This document shows positions 45,360 to 55,213 of a stretch of 64,000 nucleotides of DNA, one piece after another. The stretch comes from Ilumatobacteraceae bacterium. GTDB lineage: Bacteria > Actinomycetota > Acidimicrobiia > Acidimicrobiales > Ilumatobacteraceae. The stretch lies in NCBI GenBank assembly GCA_030729045.1, contig JANQYF010000013.1, forward strand, positions 33,480 through 97,479. Direction: 5' to 3'. Position 1 is the stretch's first letter; every line of letters begins with the position of its first letter. The notes beneath the pieces were generated by a model. The model did no database searches, had not been told where the DNA came from, and saw nothing but the letters and a program-made list of their open reading frames with translations. Position numbers and translations under genes: made by a program.

Positions 45360-46547
45360 TTAGAGACGCTCGATGAGCGTGCCGGTTCCGAGGCCACCGC
45401 CACAGCACATTGAAACGATTGCGTAGCGACCACCGGTGCGCTCGAGCTCGTTCAGTGCCTTGGTGACAAGAAAGGCGCCAGTTGCGCCGAGAGGGTGACC
45501 AAGAGCAATTGCACCACCGTTAGGGTTCGTGCGCTCTGGATCAGCACCAACTTCTTTCGCCCATGCGAGAACTACAGATGCAAAAGCTTCGTTGATTTCA
45601 AACACATCAATGTCTGAGATCTTCAAGTTGTTGCGCTGAAGGAGACGCTGGGTTGCATCAATTGGTCCTGTCAACATGAGTACGGGATCAACGCCAACTA
45701 GGCAAGAATCAACGATGCGAGCACGAGCCTTCAGTCCGAGTTGGTTTGCTTTGTCTTCTGTCATCATGAGAACAGCGGCTGCACCATCAGAAATCTGTGA
45801 TGAGTTTCCAGCTGTATGTACACCGTCTGGGCGGCCCACTGGCTTCAATGTGCCAAGTTTTTCAAGAGTGGTCTCACGAAGGCCTTCGTCGCGTGAAACA
45901 CGACGTGTGCCAGTTACTTCGCCAGCTTCATTGACTTCTGGTGCATCGACTTCGATGAACTGACCAGAGAAGCGGTCTTCTTCCCATGCACGAATTGCGC
46001 GCTGTTGAGAAACGAGACCCCACTTGTCGGTGTCTTCGCGAGTGATGCCCCACTTGTCAGCGATGCGCTCAGCGCCTTCGAACTGTGAAGTCATTTCGTA
46101 CTCTTCGAAGTATGTCTTTGGAATGGGGATTCCGAGACCAAAGTCTTTACGACCAGATGCACCGATGGGTACTCGGCTCATTACTTCAACGCCGCATGCA
46201 ATTGCGATGTCAACGACGCCAGAACCGATGAGCGAACTTGCAAGACCAGTTGCTTGCTGTGATGAACCGCACTGTGTGTCAATTGTTGTTGCAGCAGTGG
46301 TGAGCGGCAGGCCAGCAGCCAACCATGCAGTACGAGTGATGTTGAATGCTTGCTCGCCGACTTGGCTAACACAGCCGCCCACAACTTGTTCTACAAGTGC
46401 TGGGTCAACGCCTGTGCGGTCAAGAATTCCTTTTTGCACAATGCCGAGCAATTCGCCGGGGTGCAAGGTGGACAAACCGCCGTTGCGCTTGCCGATGGGG
46501 GTGCGCAGGGTGTCGATGATTACTACTGAGTTTTGGGTACGTGCCAT
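45360..46547 (-). CDS. acetyl-CoA C-acyltransferase (thiolase)
   Basis: 395-aa ORF with the active-site Cys context IDTQCGSSQQA, NEAFA, and a C-terminal CCGGGLGTG. Confidence 0.9.
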   Translation of the reverse strand: MARTQNSVVIIDTLRTPIGKRNGGLSTLHPGELLGIVQKGILDRTGVDPALVEQVVGGCVSQVGEQAFNITRTAWLAAGLPLTTAATTIDTQCGSSQQATGLASSLIGSGVVDIAIACGVEVMSRVPIGASGRKDFGLGIPIPKTYFEEYEMTSQFEGAERIADKWGITREDTDKWGLVSQQRAIRAWEEDRFSGQFIEVDAPEVNEAGEVTGTRRVSRDEGLRETTLEKLGTLKPVGRPDGVHTAGNSSQISDGAAAVLMMTEDKANQLGLKARARIVDSCLVGVDPVLMLTGPIDATQRLLQRNNLKISDIDVFEINEAFASVVLAWAKEVGADPERTNPNGGAIALGHPLGATGAFLVTKALNELERTGGRYAIVSMCCGGGLGTGTLIERL

Positions 46548-46591
46548 GTAGTTATCTTAGACAGGGCCATACGCACTACCGTCAGTGGGCA

Positions 46592-47383
46592 ATGAGCCAG
46601 CATGATTTCCCCTTTCGCCCATCTCTAGTTCCCGCCGATTCGGTAGTCGAACATCGCTATATCCATGTAGTCGGCACCAAGGTGTTTATTGATGATCGCC
46701 CAGCCGAGGAATCATGGACAAGTCACTTTCTAGGCATGCACGGAGACGTTGCGTGCTGGGGAATCGACGTGCCCCATGGCGAAGACCCGGGGTACGGCGC
46801 AGAGACGGATCTGTATTCCTTGTTCGCCAGAGTGAGCAATACCGAATGGGCCGTAGCAGGCCGTGCGGTGCAGTTGATTGAGTGGGCGCGCACTCACCGT
46901 TACTGCGGCAGGTGTGGCGAGCCAACAGAACTTGCACACAACGAGCGAGCATTTCGCTGTCCCGCATGTTCACTGATGCAGTTTCCACGACTTTCACCTG
47001 CCATCATCACGCTTGTGACACGCGGTGAAGGCGACGCCCAACAAGCGCTACTGGCACGCGGTACCAATTTCCCTATGCCGCTGTATTCCTGTCTTGCTGG
47101 TTTTGTTGAACCAGGGGAGAACCTTGAACAAGCTGTTGCACGTGAAGTAGAAGAAGAAGTGGGCATTGTTGTTAATGACGTTGAATACGTTGCTAGTCAG
47201 CCATGGCCGTTCCCGAACTCTCTGATGTTGGGCTTTCGGGCAAACTACGTGTCAGGTGACATTGTCTGTGACACCACTGAAATTGCCGATGCCAATTGGT
47301 ACAGCCGAGACGACCTTCCCATGATTCCTGGTTCAATCTCAATTGCGCGACGCCTCATTGATGATTGGCTGCTGCAGCGCTAA
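46592..47383 (+). CDS. nudC: NAD(+) diphosphatase (Nudix, NudC type)
   Basis: Zinc ribbon CGRCG...CPAC followed by the Nudix box GFVEPGENLEQAVAREVEEEVG. ATG 46592 is chosen because the ORF-track start 46541 overlaps the thiolase start. Confidence 0.85.
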   Translation: MSQHDFPFRPSLVPADSVVEHRYIHVVGTKVFIDDRPAEESWTSHFLGMHGDVACWGIDVPHGEDPGYGAETDLYSLFARVSNTEWAVAGRAVQLIEWARTHRYCGRCGEPTELAHNERAFRCPACSLMQFPRLSPAIITLVTRGEGDAQQALLARGTNFPMPLYSCLAGFVEPGENLEQAVAREVEEEVGIVVNDVEYVASQPWPFPNSLMLGFRANYVSGDIVCDTTEIADANWYSRDDLPMIPGSISIARRLIDDWLLQR

Positions 47384-47418
47384 CGATTTCGACGGGGAAA
47401 TGTTCTAGCGTTTACGCC

Positions 47419-48309
47419 ATGAGCAAAATCAATCTTGGACGAGTCGGACTATGGACTGCAGACTTTGACCTGCAACCAATGGCGAAAGCACAGGATGCAA
47501 TCGCGCAAGTAGAAGCCATGGGTTTCGGCACTGTGTGGGTTCCTGAAGCTGTGTTGCGTGAACCATTTGCATCAACATCACTGTTGCTGTCTGCCACCAA
47601 GAACATGATTCTTGCTACTGGCATCGCAAGTATTCACGCGCGTACAGCGCAAACAATGCAAGCTGGCTGGAAGACCGTTTCCGAAGCATTCCCGAATCGT
47701 TTCGTTTTGGGAATGGGCGTTAGTCATGCGCCAATGGTGACTGGTGTTCACAAGGGAAACTACGACAAGCCATATTCCACAATGGTTGAGTACCTCGACG
47801 CTATGGACTCTGGCATTTACTTCTCTCCCGCTCCTAGTGCGCCACCACTTCGTGTACTCGCGGCATTAGGACCAAAGATGTTGAAGCTTGCTGCTGAACG
47901 TTGTGCAGGTGCACACCCATATTTCATTCCTGTCGAACACACAGCAATGGCACGTGGGGTAATGGGTGCAGATGCATTGTTGGCACCAGAACAAGCTGTG
48001 GTTTTTGAAACTGACCCTGCGAAGGCCCGCGCGATTGCGCGTCAGCACATGAATACCTACACACGTTTACCGAACTACGTAAACAATCTTGTACGTCTCG
48101 GTTTCAATGCAGAGGAAGTAGCAAATCAAGAAGACCGAGTTGTTGATGCAATCGTTGCATGGGGAACGACTGAACAGATCACGTCTCGCGTTAGGGCACA
48201 TCTTGATTCCGGTGCCGACCATGTGTGTGTACAAGTCCTTACTGATGCTCCTGGCACGTTGCCGATGAAGCAGTGGCAAGAATTGGCTGATGCCACTCGC
48301 TCGATTTAG
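47419..48309 (+). CDS. LLM class F420-dependent oxidoreductase (MSMEG_4141-like clade)
   Basis: ATG 47419. LGRVGLWTADF...GFGTVWVPEA and the luciferase-like pattern match that clade. Confidence 0.83.
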   Translation: MSKINLGRVGLWTADFDLQPMAKAQDAIAQVEAMGFGTVWVPEAVLREPFASTSLLLSATKNMILATGIASIHARTAQTMQAGWKTVSEAFPNRFVLGMGVSHAPMVTGVHKGNYDKPYSTMVEYLDAMDSGIYFSPAPSAPPLRVLAALGPKMLKLAAERCAGAHPYFIPVEHTAMARGVMGADALLAPEQAVVFETDPAKARAIARQHMNTYTRLPNYVNNLVRLGFNAEEVANQEDRVVDAIVAWGTTEQITSRVRAHLDSGADHVCVQVLTDAPGTLPMKQWQELADATRSI

Positions 48310-48325
48310 CCCGTTGCACTAAATC

Positions 48326-49057
48326 ATGTTGATTACAACTGAATACCTTGCGGTACTTCAACGCGAGGGTGACGCTTTCGCTGATTCGATTACGCGGGCG
48401 CTCAATGCGCCGGTTGCCTCGTGCGAGCCGTGGGTTGGCACCGACTTGCTGTGGCACATGATTGAAGTTCATTACTCATGGAAGTTCATTGCGCACACCC
48501 ACCTCATGAACCCGGCCGATTATGTGCCTCGTTCGAAGCCCGCTGACGACGACCTGCTTTCTGAATACAGAACTGGGCTCAGTGACTTAATTGATGTGTT
48601 GTCGTCACTTGATCCAGCTCGTTCATGCTGGACATGGGCAGGCATACAAGACATTGCGTGGGTTATTCGGCGAATGGCACACGAGACCGCTGTGCATGCC
48701 TGGGATGCGCACTGCGCAGTAGGCCATACCGCTGAAATTGACGCTGCTCTAGCGAGTGATGGAATAGATGAGTTCGTACATGTAATGGTGAAGAGCAATA
48801 TTCGTGAAGGGGAAGGCCCCCTCAGTGGTTCAGTACATATTCACTGCACCGATGTAGACGGTGAATGGCTGATTGTTCCGACTGAATCATCAGATGTTGT
48901 TGTGACGCGTGAACACGCCAAAGGTGATTGTGCAATTCGTGGCTCGGCCTCACAATTGCTGTTAGGCCTGTGGCGCAGAATACCTATGTCGTCACTCGAA
49001 GTGATTGGCAGCACAGATGTTGCAGCACAATTCCTGAACCGCACTGCGAACAACTGA
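48326..49057 (+). CDS. mycothiol-dependent maleylpyruvate-isomerase-like (DinB fold) family protein
   Basis: 243-aa ORF with an N-terminal metal-binding DinB-like segment and RRMAHETAVHAWDA, characteristic of the TIGR03083-type family. Confidence 0.72.
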   Translation: MLITTEYLAVLQREGDAFADSITRALNAPVASCEPWVGTDLLWHMIEVHYSWKFIAHTHLMNPADYVPRSKPADDDLLSEYRTGLSDLIDVLSSLDPARSCWTWAGIQDIAWVIRRMAHETAVHAWDAHCAVGHTAEIDAALASDGIDEFVHVMVKSNIREGEGPLSGSVHIHCTDVDGEWLIVPTESSDVVVTREHAKGDCAIRGSASQLLLGLWRRIPMSSLEVIGSTDVAAQFLNRTANN

Positions 49058-49082
49058 CAATGACTTGTTTGGTAGCGAGTTG

Positions 49083-50108
49083 CTACTCGGCAATACCTAC
49101 CGGAGCGTCATCGATGATTTGATCGAGATACTCAGACATTCCGAAACCTGTTGCGCCTTCATGTTCTCCAGAAGTGATGCGCCACTTGGTCATGCCTTCG
49201 CTAATGCGTGTCATTAACCAATTGCCATCGGGGTCTTGGCGGCGATTACGAAGAGGAATGAGACTTGTGACTTCTCCTTCGAAATTCCATTCTTTATTTG
49301 AACGAGATGACTTAATGACTCCGGTCACCTTGTCGTGGTAGTTGTCTTCACCAACTGTGACAGTTGAGATTTGAACATCGTCACACAAGTGAATTTGTCC
49401 GTTGTCCCAGACGAACCCACCGCGTGAACCAGGTCCATCTTTCTTTGCAACACGGCTTGCCATGAAGCCAAGGTTTTCTCCGAAGTTTGCAGTGAGCCAG
49501 CGGTAGTACCACGGTGCTTGCCAGAAACGTGGACCCCATGAATGATCACGCAATCCGAAACCATTGATTGCGAATTCTTCATCACCGACGCGAATAGAAC
49601 CTGTCGCAGAAACAAGTTGTTCATAGTGGCCTTTGGCGAATTCTTCGCCCGGTGCTTCATGCGGCACGTCTGGCTCACCGCCAAACATGCTTGGCTTGCC
49701 TTTGCCAGTAAAAGTGATGTGGGCTTCACATTCAGCAAACGGATTGTTTGCAAATGCCTTCTTCGGGTCTGCCATGTCTTGTGGGTTATCTAGAACTACA
49801 ACCTTGCCGACATAGTCAATGCGAAGTTCTTCAAATGGCTTGACCATGGTCCATGTAAGACCACCAGCATCAAGTGCGTCGTTGTTCTCGATGTTCGGAC
49901 GTTTGAACATGAAACCCACGCGACCATTTGGCAAGTAGATACAGATGGTCATCTCTGCATATCCCTCGTTCGCACGGTTGCCCATGCGAAACCATCCGCC
50001 CACCTGGGTTGTTGGGTCGAAACAATTTATGTACATGCTTTCGTTGAAGTTCGACTCTGGGCCGAGTTCATGCATGTATTCATCTGCTGGGTCTAGTCGT
50101 ACTGCCAT
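49083..50108 (-). CDS. hypothetical protein
   Basis: 341-aa ORF with no motif I can name. Its composition looks beta-rich, and it contains LRDHSWGPRFW. It lies 34 nt downstream of an SDR gene on the same strand. Confidence 0.6.
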   Translation of the reverse strand: MAVRLDPADEYMHELGPESNFNESMYINCFDPTTQVGGWFRMGNRANEGYAEMTICIYLPNGRVGFMFKRPNIENNDALDAGGLTWTMVKPFEELRIDYVGKVVVLDNPQDMADPKKAFANNPFAECEAHITFTGKGKPSMFGGEPDVPHEAPGEEFAKGHYEQLVSATGSIRVGDEEFAINGFGLRDHSWGPRFWQAPWYYRWLTANFGENLGFMASRVAKKDGPGSRGGFVWDNGQIHLCDDVQISTVTVGEDNYHDKVTGVIKSSRSNKEWNFEGEVTSLIPLRNRRQDPDGNWLMTRISEGMTKWRITSGEHEGATGFGMSEYLDQIIDDAPVGIAE

Positions 50109-50142
50109 AGCAGTACTTTAGAACAACAGTGCGGCCGAATTA

Positions 50143-50961
50143 TCAGCCGCCCGCAACGCGCGCTTGCAAGCGTCGCATGCCAGAAAGCCAACGGTCGCGG
50201 TCGTCCACTTTGCGCTTTTCGTATGTGTGCACTTCTGGGTGTGGCATCACAAGGAATTTCTCAGCAACGATGGTGTTGTAGACAATATCTGCGACCTCTG
50301 CTGGCTCAAGCACGACTCCTGAAGCCTTGACAGCGCTTCCGCCGTCTGTATTTCCGATTCCTGGTACCGCATCTGGCGGGTTCAACATGTTGGTGTTCAC
50401 TCCCTGAGGGCACAGTGTTGTCACGCGTACACCACGATCGCCATATGTGATTGATAGCCATTCAGCAAAGGCGACTGCGCCATGCTTTGTGACGCTGTAT
50501 GGTCCGCTTCCAATTTGCGACAACAAGCCTGCTGCAGATGCGGTGCTGCAAAAATATCCTTCGCCAGCAGCGAGCCATTCACCCATCAGATGTTTTGCGG
50601 CCCATCTATGTGAATGTAGGTTGATGTTCATCGCAGTATTCCACGTCTCTTCATCAGTTGATTCAAGATCAGTGCCCATTCCGACTCCGGCATTTGCGTA
50701 GAACAAATCAATAAATCCGAACTTTGCTCGAGCTGCATCAATAAGTGCAACGTTGCCAGCTTCTGATCCGATGTCGGCGACAACTGCAAAGGCACTGTCT
50801 GGTCGGATGGAATTCAGTTCCTTTTCGATGATCTCAAGATTCTTCGCGTCACGATCAGCGACTACTACACGAGCACCTGCCGCGTGGAAACGTCTGGCCA
50901 GGGCGGCACCAATTCCATTTGCTGCGCCTGTTACTACTGTGGTCTTGCCCTCAAAATTCAT
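50143..50961 (-). CDS. SDR family oxidoreductase
   Basis: Met at 50961 gives MNFEGKTTVVTGAANGIGAA. It also has NAGVG and a YSVTK (YxxxK) motif. Confidence 0.85.
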   Translation of the reverse strand: MNFEGKTTVVTGAANGIGAALARRFHAAGARVVVADRDAKNLEIIEKELNSIRPDSAFAVVADIGSEAGNVALIDAARAKFGFIDLFYANAGVGMGTDLESTDEETWNTAMNINLHSHRWAAKHLMGEWLAAGEGYFCSTASAAGLLSQIGSGPYSVTKHGAVAFAEWLSITYGDRGVRVTTLCPQGVNTNMLNPPDAVPGIGNTDGGSAVKASGVVLEPAEVADIVYNTIVAEKFLVMPHPEVHTYEKRKVDDRDRWLSGMRRLQARVAGG

Positions 50962-51107
50962 ATTTGAGACCTTATGGCACCAGTCACGAAAGAAATGCAC
51001 CAGAGGCTGGGAAGTGCACACCTCTTGGGTCACCCCAACTGTACGATGTGGGTATCGGGCGGAACCGAGAAATCGGGCAATCCGTTCGATACCGAGAGGA
51101 GCACCAC

Positions 51108-51278
51108 ATGATCGATACTCACGACACAGTGATCACAGAGGCGCTTGCCGTCATCGACAAAGCACTCGCCGAAATGTTGCGCCGTGAATTGGTGTCAGCT
51201 GTTGAAGTGGGCGACTTGTTGCTCGACCTTCGTGGCTTGCTCACTGCGAGCGTCGCCACCACCGTCGCTGCCGTTTAG
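51108..51278 (+). CDS. possible small protein (56 aa)
   Basis: ATG 51108 is preceded by GAGAGGAG at 6-nt spacing. The predicted protein is helical, with no known motif. Its 3' end overlaps the convergent WS/DGAT gene by 38 nt. Confidence 0.25.
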   Translation: MIDTHDTVITEALAVIDKALAEMLRRELVSAVEVGDLLLDLRGLLTASVATTVAAV

Positions 51279-52698
51279 TAGCGCCTTCTTCAGCCTTTGA
51301 GGCCGAAGAAGAATTCTCGCGCGCAGGTGCGAACGCAGATAATTCTGTAAATGCTTGTGACAATGAGTCACGCAACAATGATGGGCTTTCTACTGCCGCC
51401 TCATCAATATTGATTCCGCAATCAAGGCTTCCCAAGTACGACATCAACGTCACATTGAATGCGACTCCGCCTAACGGACCGACTGGGTAGTTCTCTAACA
51501 GTTGAGAGCCGGCCATAAACAAGGGCACTCCGGCACTGCGCACGTTTGAAGTAGCAAAATCAACCGTTTCTGCTTGTGAACGGGCAAGACGAGTAACGAT
51601 AGATGTGGGCACTACTGCAGAAATAGTGGCCAATGCTTCAAGTCCAGCGGATTCGGCTCCGGTTCGGGCGGCAGTGAGAATTTCGTTGATTGCAGAGAAT
51701 CGTTCTTCGATTGGCATGTCTGCAGTGGGTACCAGCATTCGGGCAAGTGTGAATGCATTGCTTCCACTACTTTCGTTTCGAGTACTGATTGCCATTGATG
51801 CACGTAATGATTCAACTGGCGCACCCAATTCGCGGTGGTATTTTCCGGCTGCGTGCGACACGGCGGTAATGAATGAAGTGTTCAGAGTTCCGCCAAGTGC
51901 TTTGGCTGCACCGCGCATGTCGTAGTACGAGACACGAGTTGTTTCGAGTCGACGGCGAAGAGATCGCGATGTCCACAGCGGTGATCGTGATGCATCAACT
52001 TCATTTAGTTGAGCAATGAGACTCTTCACAGTTGTGGAGGTAGATGTGCCGATGGTTCCAATCAGTGATGGATCAGACAGCACGTCTCGAACTTGGCGCA
52101 ACAGTGCTATTGGCAAGCGCAACGAATCTGTCATGGCACCGCGCAGTGCTTCTGTTGCGTCTGGTTCCGTAGCGGTGTGGGCGGAATTAACGAGGTCGGG
52201 ATCAATCGGTGGTAACGGAGGAGGGTCACGTTGCAAGTCGAGATACTGCAGAGACAATTCCACTCCGCCCTGACCGTCTGTAACGGTGTGATGCAGTTTT
52301 TGAACAAGAGCACTGCGGCCACCACGCAAACCATCAACAATGATGAAGTGCCACAGTGGACGGGACCTGTCAAACGGATCAGCAACGAGCAACGTTGTGA
52401 GGTCGAGAAGTTGGCGCATGTCACCAGGCTCTGGCAGTGAAATGTTGCGAACGTGATAGCGAATATCAAACGACGGGTCATCAACCCAAGTGGGGTTCCC
52501 AAGGTTTCCTGGTGCAGGAAGAACACGTCGGCGTAGGCGAGGGAAAAGAATCGACGTGCGTTCCATCCGGGCGTACAACGCATCCATATTTGGTGGGCGG
52601 TCGAGAATGGTGATGTTGGCAAAGGTTGATGCGAGGTATGGGTCTTTTTCAAGCCGCCACATCAGTGACTCTGTATCGCTCATCCGCTTGTCGCTCAT
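51241..52698 (-). CDS. wax ester synthase/diacylglycerol acyltransferase (WS/DGAT)
   Basis: 485-aa ORF with the HHTVTDGQG (HHxxxDG) catalytic motif and the typical N-terminal MSD..S.MW..E start. Confidence 0.85.
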   Translation of the reverse strand: MSDKRMSDTESLMWRLEKDPYLASTFANITILDRPPNMDALYARMERTSILFPRLRRRVLPAPGNLGNPTWVDDPSFDIRYHVRNISLPEPGDMRQLLDLTTLLVADPFDRSRPLWHFIIVDGLRGGRSALVQKLHHTVTDGQGGVELSLQYLDLQRDPPPLPPIDPDLVNSAHTATEPDATEALRGAMTDSLRLPIALLRQVRDVLSDPSLIGTIGTSTSTTVKSLIAQLNEVDASRSPLWTSRSLRRRLETTRVSYYDMRGAAKALGGTLNTSFITAVSHAAGKYHRELGAPVESLRASMAISTRNESSGSNAFTLARMLVPTADMPIEERFSAINEILTAARTGAESAGLEALATISAVVPTSIVTRLARSQAETVDFATSNVRSAGVPLFMAGSQLLENYPVGPLGGVAFNVTLMSYLGSLDCGINIDEAAVESPSLLRDSLSQAFTELSAFAPARENSSSASKAEEGATKRQRRWWRRSQ

Positions 52699-52710
52699 AG
52701 AGCCAACCTA

Positions 52711-53229
52711 CTAGCCAATAATCGACGAAATGATTGGGACCGCGATAGCCCCCAAAACCGCGCCAGTAATGATTCCGCCAACAATGTCTGAGAGGTGATG
52801 AATACGGACCACCACACGGCTAAGCGCAACAACACCAGCCATTACTGCCCACAGTATTGCGAGAGGCATTCCAGTCATGGAGATAAGGATTAGCGCGGCA
52901 AAGGTGGCTGATGAAGCGTGTCCGCTTGGGAAACTAGAGGTGCTCGGCGTGCGCACGTCGAAGCGAACATCGCCAGACACGGTAGGTCGCTCACGGCGAA
53001 AGATTCTTTTCACACCTTGGTTAACAATGATGCTTTCGGCACCCAGTGCAATTGAGAGAGCAATGGCTTGGTGAAATCGTTCCATTGAACCGATTGCGTA
53101 CAGCAAACCGGTGACATGCCACACAATGCTGAAGTCACCAATGGTGCTTGCGATTCCAAAAACAGTTTTCGTTAGTGGGTTCACACGAAGGGGTTCGAGA
53201 ATTCGATCTCCGGCGGTATCAAAACTCAT
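52711..53229 (-). CDS. PAP2 family phosphatase
   Basis: 172-aa membrane ORF with the three PAP2 motifs KRIFRRERP, SFPSGHAS and SRVVVRIHHLSD. Confidence 0.8.
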   Translation of the reverse strand: MSFDTAGDRILEPLRVNPLTKTVFGIASTIGDFSIVWHVTGLLYAIGSMERFHQAIALSIALGAESIIVNQGVKRIFRRERPTVSGDVRFDVRTPSTSSFPSGHASSATFAALILISMTGMPLAILWAVMAGVVALSRVVVRIHHLSDIVGGIITGAVLGAIAVPIISSIIG

Positions 53230-54104
53230 GACAGTGTGGGAACAACAGAAGAGACGTATTGAGAGATGAGCTCAGGTTTTTCAAGCGGTCCGAAATGCCC
53301 GACTTCATCCCAACGCACATACGTGCTTGCTGGAATTCTCTCTGCAACGGTGATGGCAAATGTTGATGGTTGAAACGGTGCTATTGCGCCAGACAAAACC
53401 CACACAGGAGTTGTAATGGCGGGAAGAGAATCCCACGCACCACTTGTTCCGCCCGTTTCATATGTCCGTGCTTCGTGTTCAGGAAGACATTTCAATTCAA
53501 TGTCACCATCTGCAGTTGGTTTGAATCCGTGACGAACGTATGCCTCGCGGGCAACAGCATGAAACGCTGCCATTGGAGGTTTCGCTGCAAAGTTTTCTAT
53601 GGCAGCTTCAAAAGATGGGAAACGACTGCGCCGTTTTCTTGCACCAGCGGGAAGTGGGCTACCAGGGCGCTCACCTGCATCTGGGTCTGGTGGGGGAAAG
53701 ACAATTGGTTCAAAGACAAAGAGTGCTTTGAACAGGTGCGGTTCGGCATGGGCTGCCATCAGCAAGCTTGCGCCACCCATGGAATGACCAATTCCAATAA
53801 TCGGTTCATTGTGTTGCGCGTACAAATGACGCGCTGCAGCAAGTGCATCGAGACCGTATTGATCCCATGTCATTGTCGCTGGGTCAACAGTTTCAGCGTC
53901 GCCATACCCGCGGTGGTCAAGACCAACTACATGATGTTGCGAATTCAGAGCAAGTGCGACAGGTTCCCAACAATGTGCATGGAAACCAGTGGCATGAGAT
54001 AACAGGATGGGGGAGCCGGTTCCTCTGAAATCATGCATGGCGATTGTGACACCATCTACAGACCTGATCAGGCTTGCGTCACTACATGCAATGTTGTTTG
54101 TCAT
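53226..54104 (-). CDS. alpha/beta hydrolase
   Basis: 292-aa ORF with the GHSMGG nucleophile elbow and a C-terminal His region (VGHFGP). It overlaps both neighbours by 4 nt. Confidence 0.8.
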   Translation of the reverse strand: MTNNIACSDASLIRSVDGVTIAMHDFRGTGSPILLSHATGFHAHCWEPVALALNSQHHVVGLDHRGYGDAETVDPATMTWDQYGLDALAAARHLYAQHNEPIIGIGHSMGGASLLMAAHAEPHLFKALFVFEPIVFPPPDPDAGERPGSPLPAGARKRRSRFPSFEAAIENFAAKPPMAAFHAVAREAYVRHGFKPTADGDIELKCLPEHEARTYETGGTSGAWDSLPAITTPVWVLSGAIAPFQPSTFAITVAERIPASTYVRWDEVGHFGPLEKPELISQYVSSVVPTLS

Positions 54105-55213
54105 TTTGGCTCCCGAGGCAAACCGAGCAAACGTTCACCAATGATGTTGCGTTGTACTTGGCTAGTGCCACCGGCAATACGTCCACCCGGAGCAGACATC
54201 ATGCCTAGTGCATCAGGTCCGTCGAGCATGGCGTCAGCGCCAGCAATGTCTCCGCGCAGCATTGACATGTTGAACATCATCTCGGTGATACCAAGCTTCA
54301 TCAGTGATGAAGCAGTGGAAGCCACGGGCCCTTGGGTCTGCGCAACTGATTTGTACGCAGTACCGGTTGAAATCAGAGCAGCAAGTTGTTGACGTTGTGT
54401 AGAGGAAAGTTCGCGACCCTTGCCAAGATTCGCCATTGATTCAAGACGACGCTCGAGGCCGATGATGCTTGCTCCAATGTGACCGCGTTCGTTCGTCAGA
54501 ACTGCCATGCCAACGCCCCATCCGCCATGCAGTGGGCCAATGAGATATTCAGCAGGCAATTCAACATCTGTAAAGAACACTTCGTCGAACTCGGATTCAC
54601 CAGTCATTTGTTTCAGTGGTCGCACTTCGATACCTGGCAAGTCCATCGGAATAAGAAAGAACGAAATACCTTCGTGTTTCTTTGCTTCAAAGTCTGTGCG
54701 CGCCATGAGGATTCCCCAGTTGCTGCACCGACCCCCACTGCACCACACTTTTTGGCCATTGATAATGAATCGATCACCATCTTTGTCGGCGCGAGTCGCC
54801 AATGAGCCAAGGTCACTGCCTGCGCCGGGTTCGGAAAACAATTGACACCACACGTTGTCGGCGTTGAGCGTTGAGCGAAGGTGTTGCTGCTTTAGCTCGT
54901 CAGTACCAAAAGTCATTACCGCGCCACCAGCAAGTACTAGTCCCACCATGTTCAAGACGGGCGGCACGCCAACCTTTGCGCACTCTTCTACCCACGCGCC
55001 GTGGTGAGCCGGAGAAAGTCCTTGACCGCCGTGTTCTGTTGGCCAATGAATTCCAGCGAAACCGGAATCAAAAATCAGTCGTTGCCATTTCTTGGCCTCG
55101 GTTACAAGGTCAGGTGGGCAAATAGCTCCGTAGTCACGCGGGGCATGCTGACGATTTTGTGTCAGCCATGCCGCTGCGCGAGCACGGAACGTGTCGACTG
55201 ATTCTTCGGTCAC
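54101..55213 (-). CDS. acyl-CoA dehydrogenase family protein
   Basis: 370-aa ORF with WCQLFSEPGAGSDLGSL and a C-terminal IAGGTSQVQRNIIGERLLGLPREP. Confidence 0.85.
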   Translation of the reverse strand: MTEESVDTFRARAAAWLTQNRQHAPRDYGAICPPDLVTEAKKWQRLIFDSGFAGIHWPTEHGGQGLSPAHHGAWVEECAKVGVPPVLNMVGLVLAGGAVMTFGTDELKQQHLRSTLNADNVWCQLFSEPGAGSDLGSLATRADKDGDRFIINGQKVWCSGGRCSNWGILMARTDFEAKKHEGISFFLIPMDLPGIEVRPLKQMTGESEFDEVFFTDVELPAEYLIGPLHGGWGVGMAVLTNERGHIGASIIGLERRLESMANLGKGRELSSTQRQQLAALISTGTAYKSVAQTQGPVASTASSLMKLGITEMMFNMSMLRGDIAGADAMLDGPDALGMMSAPGGRIAGGTSQVQRNIIGERLLGLPREPK

